Of a stretch of DNA of 64,000 nucleotides, positions 58,020 to 64,000 are shown one piece after another. Source of the DNA: the human T2T-CHM13v2.0 reference genome, Homo sapiens; the NCBI RefSeq assembly GCF_009914755.1, contig NC_060943.1, one strand, 5' to 3'. Made by a program: the position numbers and the translations under genes. Numbering within the stretch: the first letter of the stretch is position 1; the number at the start of each line of letters is the position of its first letter. Under the pieces are notes generated by a model. That model saw only the letters and a program-made list of their open reading frames with translations, was not told the origin of the DNA and did no database searches.

Positions 58020-58970
58020 ATGCCTGGTCAGAACTACAGCACCATATCTGAATTTATCCTCTCTGGCTTCTCAGCCTTCCCCCAGCAGCTCCTGCCTGTC
58101 TTGTTCCTGCTGTACCTCCTGATGTTCCTGTTCACATTGCTTGGCAACCTTCTTATCATGGCCACAGTTTGGATTGAACGCAGACTCCACACACCCATGT
58201 ACCTCTTCTTGTGTGCCCTCTCCATCTCTGAGATTCTGTTCACTGTTGCCATCACCCCTCGCATGCTGGCTGATCTGCTCTTCACCCATCGTTCCATCAC
58301 CTTTGTGGCTTGTGCCATTCAGATGTTCTTCTCCTTCATGTTTGGCTTCACTCACTCCTTCCTTCTCATGGTCATGGGCTATGATCACTACGTGACCATC
58401 TGCCACCCACTGCATTACAACATGCTAATGAGTCCCCGTGGCTGTGCCCATCTTGTGGCCTGGACCTGGGCTGGTGGCTCGGTCATGGGGATGATGGTGA
58501 CAATGATGGTTTTTCACCTCACTTTCTGTGGGTCTAATGTGATCCACCATTTTCTCTGTCATGTGCTTTCCCTCTTGAAGTTGGCCTGTGGGAGCAAGAC
58601 ATCATCTGTCATCATGGGTGTGATGCTGGTGTGTGTCACAGCCCTGATAGGCTGTTTGTTCCTCATCATCCTCTCCTTTGTCTTCATTGTGGCTGCCATC
58701 TTGAGGATTCCTTCTGCTGAGGGCCGGCACAAGACTTTCTCCACTTGTGTATCCCACCTCACTGTGGTGGTCATGCACTATAGTTTTGCCTCCCTTATCT
58801 ACCTCAAACCCAAGGGCCTCCATTCTATGTACAGTGATGCCTTGATGGCCACCACCTATACTGTCTTCACCCCCTTCCTCAGCCCAATCATTTTCAATCT
58901 AAGGAACAAGGAGCTGAAGAATGCCATAAATAAAAACTTTTGCAGAAGGTTCTGCCCTCTAAGCTCCTAA
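58020..58970 (+). CDS. OR10H3: Olfactory receptor 10H3 (316 aa, single coding exon)
   Basis: Intact 7TM ORF MPGQNYSTISEF...RRFCPLSS with LHTPMY, MGYDHY and KTFSTC; upstream acceptor CTCACCAG (ends 58008). Confidence 0.94.
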   Translation: MPGQNYSTISEFILSGFSAFPQQLLPVLFLLYLLMFLFTLLGNLLIMATVWIERRLHTPMYLFLCALSISEILFTVAITPRMLADLLFTHRSITFVACAIQMFFSFMFGFTHSFLLMVMGYDHYVTICHPLHYNMLMSPRGCAHLVAWTWAGGSVMGMMVTMMVFHLTFCGSNVIHHFLCHVLSLLKLACGSKTSSVIMGVMLVCVTALIGCLFLIILSFVFIVAAILRIPSAEGRHKTFSTCVSHLTVVVMHYSFASLIYLKPKGLHSMYSDALMATTYTVFTPFLSPIIFNLRNKELKNAINKNFCRRFCPLSS

Positions 58971-59416
58971 TGGCCAGTTTGGTGGTGATAAAATATAATA
59001 GAAGGGCTGGGGATAATAATGTGTATCTCCATAGGACTGTTGTAAGGGTTCAGGTATGTGAAAATACCTGAAAATATGTGTTTTGTACCTACTAGCTATT
59101 GTTTTCCCCTTCCTTTTTGCTTAGGCTCATGTGATCATTTATGAGCCATTGTAACGAACTTTATCCCATTATCTGTGCCTAGAAATGTGTTTTCTATCTG
59201 TGGATAGGTGGAGATCATCACGTGGATGTGTCTGGGCATTTATGCACATGGTTCTTCTTAAACAGACAGGCAAAAAAGATTTTATTTTCCCCTAGTGTAA
59301 GAAAAAGCAAGAATAACATCATAGTCATAAATGCCACCAAGCATTGAAGTTTTTCTATGTATCCTGTACTGTGTCCAGTGTTTTACAAATATTATCCTTT
59401 TAATTAGAAGAAATGA

Positions 59417-59830
<414 letters not shown>

Positions 59831-60709
59831 TGAGTGAAGGATATCAGAATGCAAAAGTGGAGAGAGAGCAAGAAGGAGAGAGAGAGAGAGAGATACAGAG
59901 ATAGGAGAAAGAGAGAGAGAGAAAGAGAGAGAGAGAAAGCAGGTGTCAAGTAGTCAAGTAAAAATAGAGTTCTTTACATTTTTTGATCTGTACAAGAAAT
60001 GTAATAACTAAGAATTTGGGGCAAAATCTGGGAAAGGGAAAAAGAGAGAAAAAAAGGAGGTTGGTAAAATAGGGCTTTAATATGTCCTAATAATAGGGCT
60101 GTAATATGTCCTAATAAGACAGGCACGTGTCTCATCCAAGCGTTTTTGACACAGTTGCTCTGCAGTCTCAATGGGTCATTCTAGGATATGTACTCCCTTG
60201 TCTCCAATGGATGCATCAGTTTTCTGGTTTTCTGGTTCTGGTCATTGGTTTCACCAGCTGAGGAATGAATATTATTTTCACAGTGCGGCTACTCTTCTAA
60301 TGCTACTCAGAGAGTCCTCACCTGTGCTTCCTGCTGGTGCTGGAATGTGAAGGTCAACATTGAAAGAGATTTCATTCTAGAAAAGCAGAGATCATGGCCT
60401 TAAAAGGTCAAAAGGTGATATGGTTGGAAGAGGTTTTATTGTATGTTTATGCTATAAAATTCCAAACAAAGCAAGCTTTTCTTGGCATTATCCTGCATAC
60501 TCTGGGCAAGACTTGCATATGTGGTTATCATCAGTGAAGCACCATAGCAACCAGTGAGAGAGCCTCTGGGAATATGGTCACAGATGATAAAGCGACATGA
60601 GTGATGATGGAAAGGGCATTAAGTAAACACTATGCACGTGCTACAGAGGTGGAACTTTCTATACAAATAAATCAGAAATTTTTCCAAGAGCCAAGGTATT
60701 GTGAGTATT

Positions 60710-64000
<3,291 letters not shown>

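Overview
Human (primate) genomic DNA. The gene content matches the 19p13.12 CYP4F/OR10H cluster. The window holds the last five coding exons of CYP4F12 (+; 1-96 and 10821-11970) and two intact single-exon olfactory receptor ORFs, OR10H2 (44675-45622) and OR10H3 (58020-58970). Most of the rest is nested L1, Alu, LTR and DNA-transposon sequence. Several signals are not explained by these features. (1) At 32.2-34.7 kb (+) there is an exon-by-exon fossil of a type II membrane C-type-lectin-like (CD23/CD209/CLEC4-type) gene, with a probable second relic on the - strand at 49-50.9 kb. (2) At 36.3-36.9 kb there is a dense Lhx2/Ebf motif cluster with an H-enhancer-like composite site, a candidate OR enhancer or distal promoter. 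(3) A young L1 carries an inversion and a 3' transduction. (4) Two L1s share private mutations. (5) An MLT2 LTR carries tandem U5 plus tRNA-Leu primer copies. (6) There is a tRNA-iMet pseudogene. (7) OR10H3 lacks key GPCR activation residues. Repeat subfamily names and comparisons to reference alleles are from memory, not from searches.
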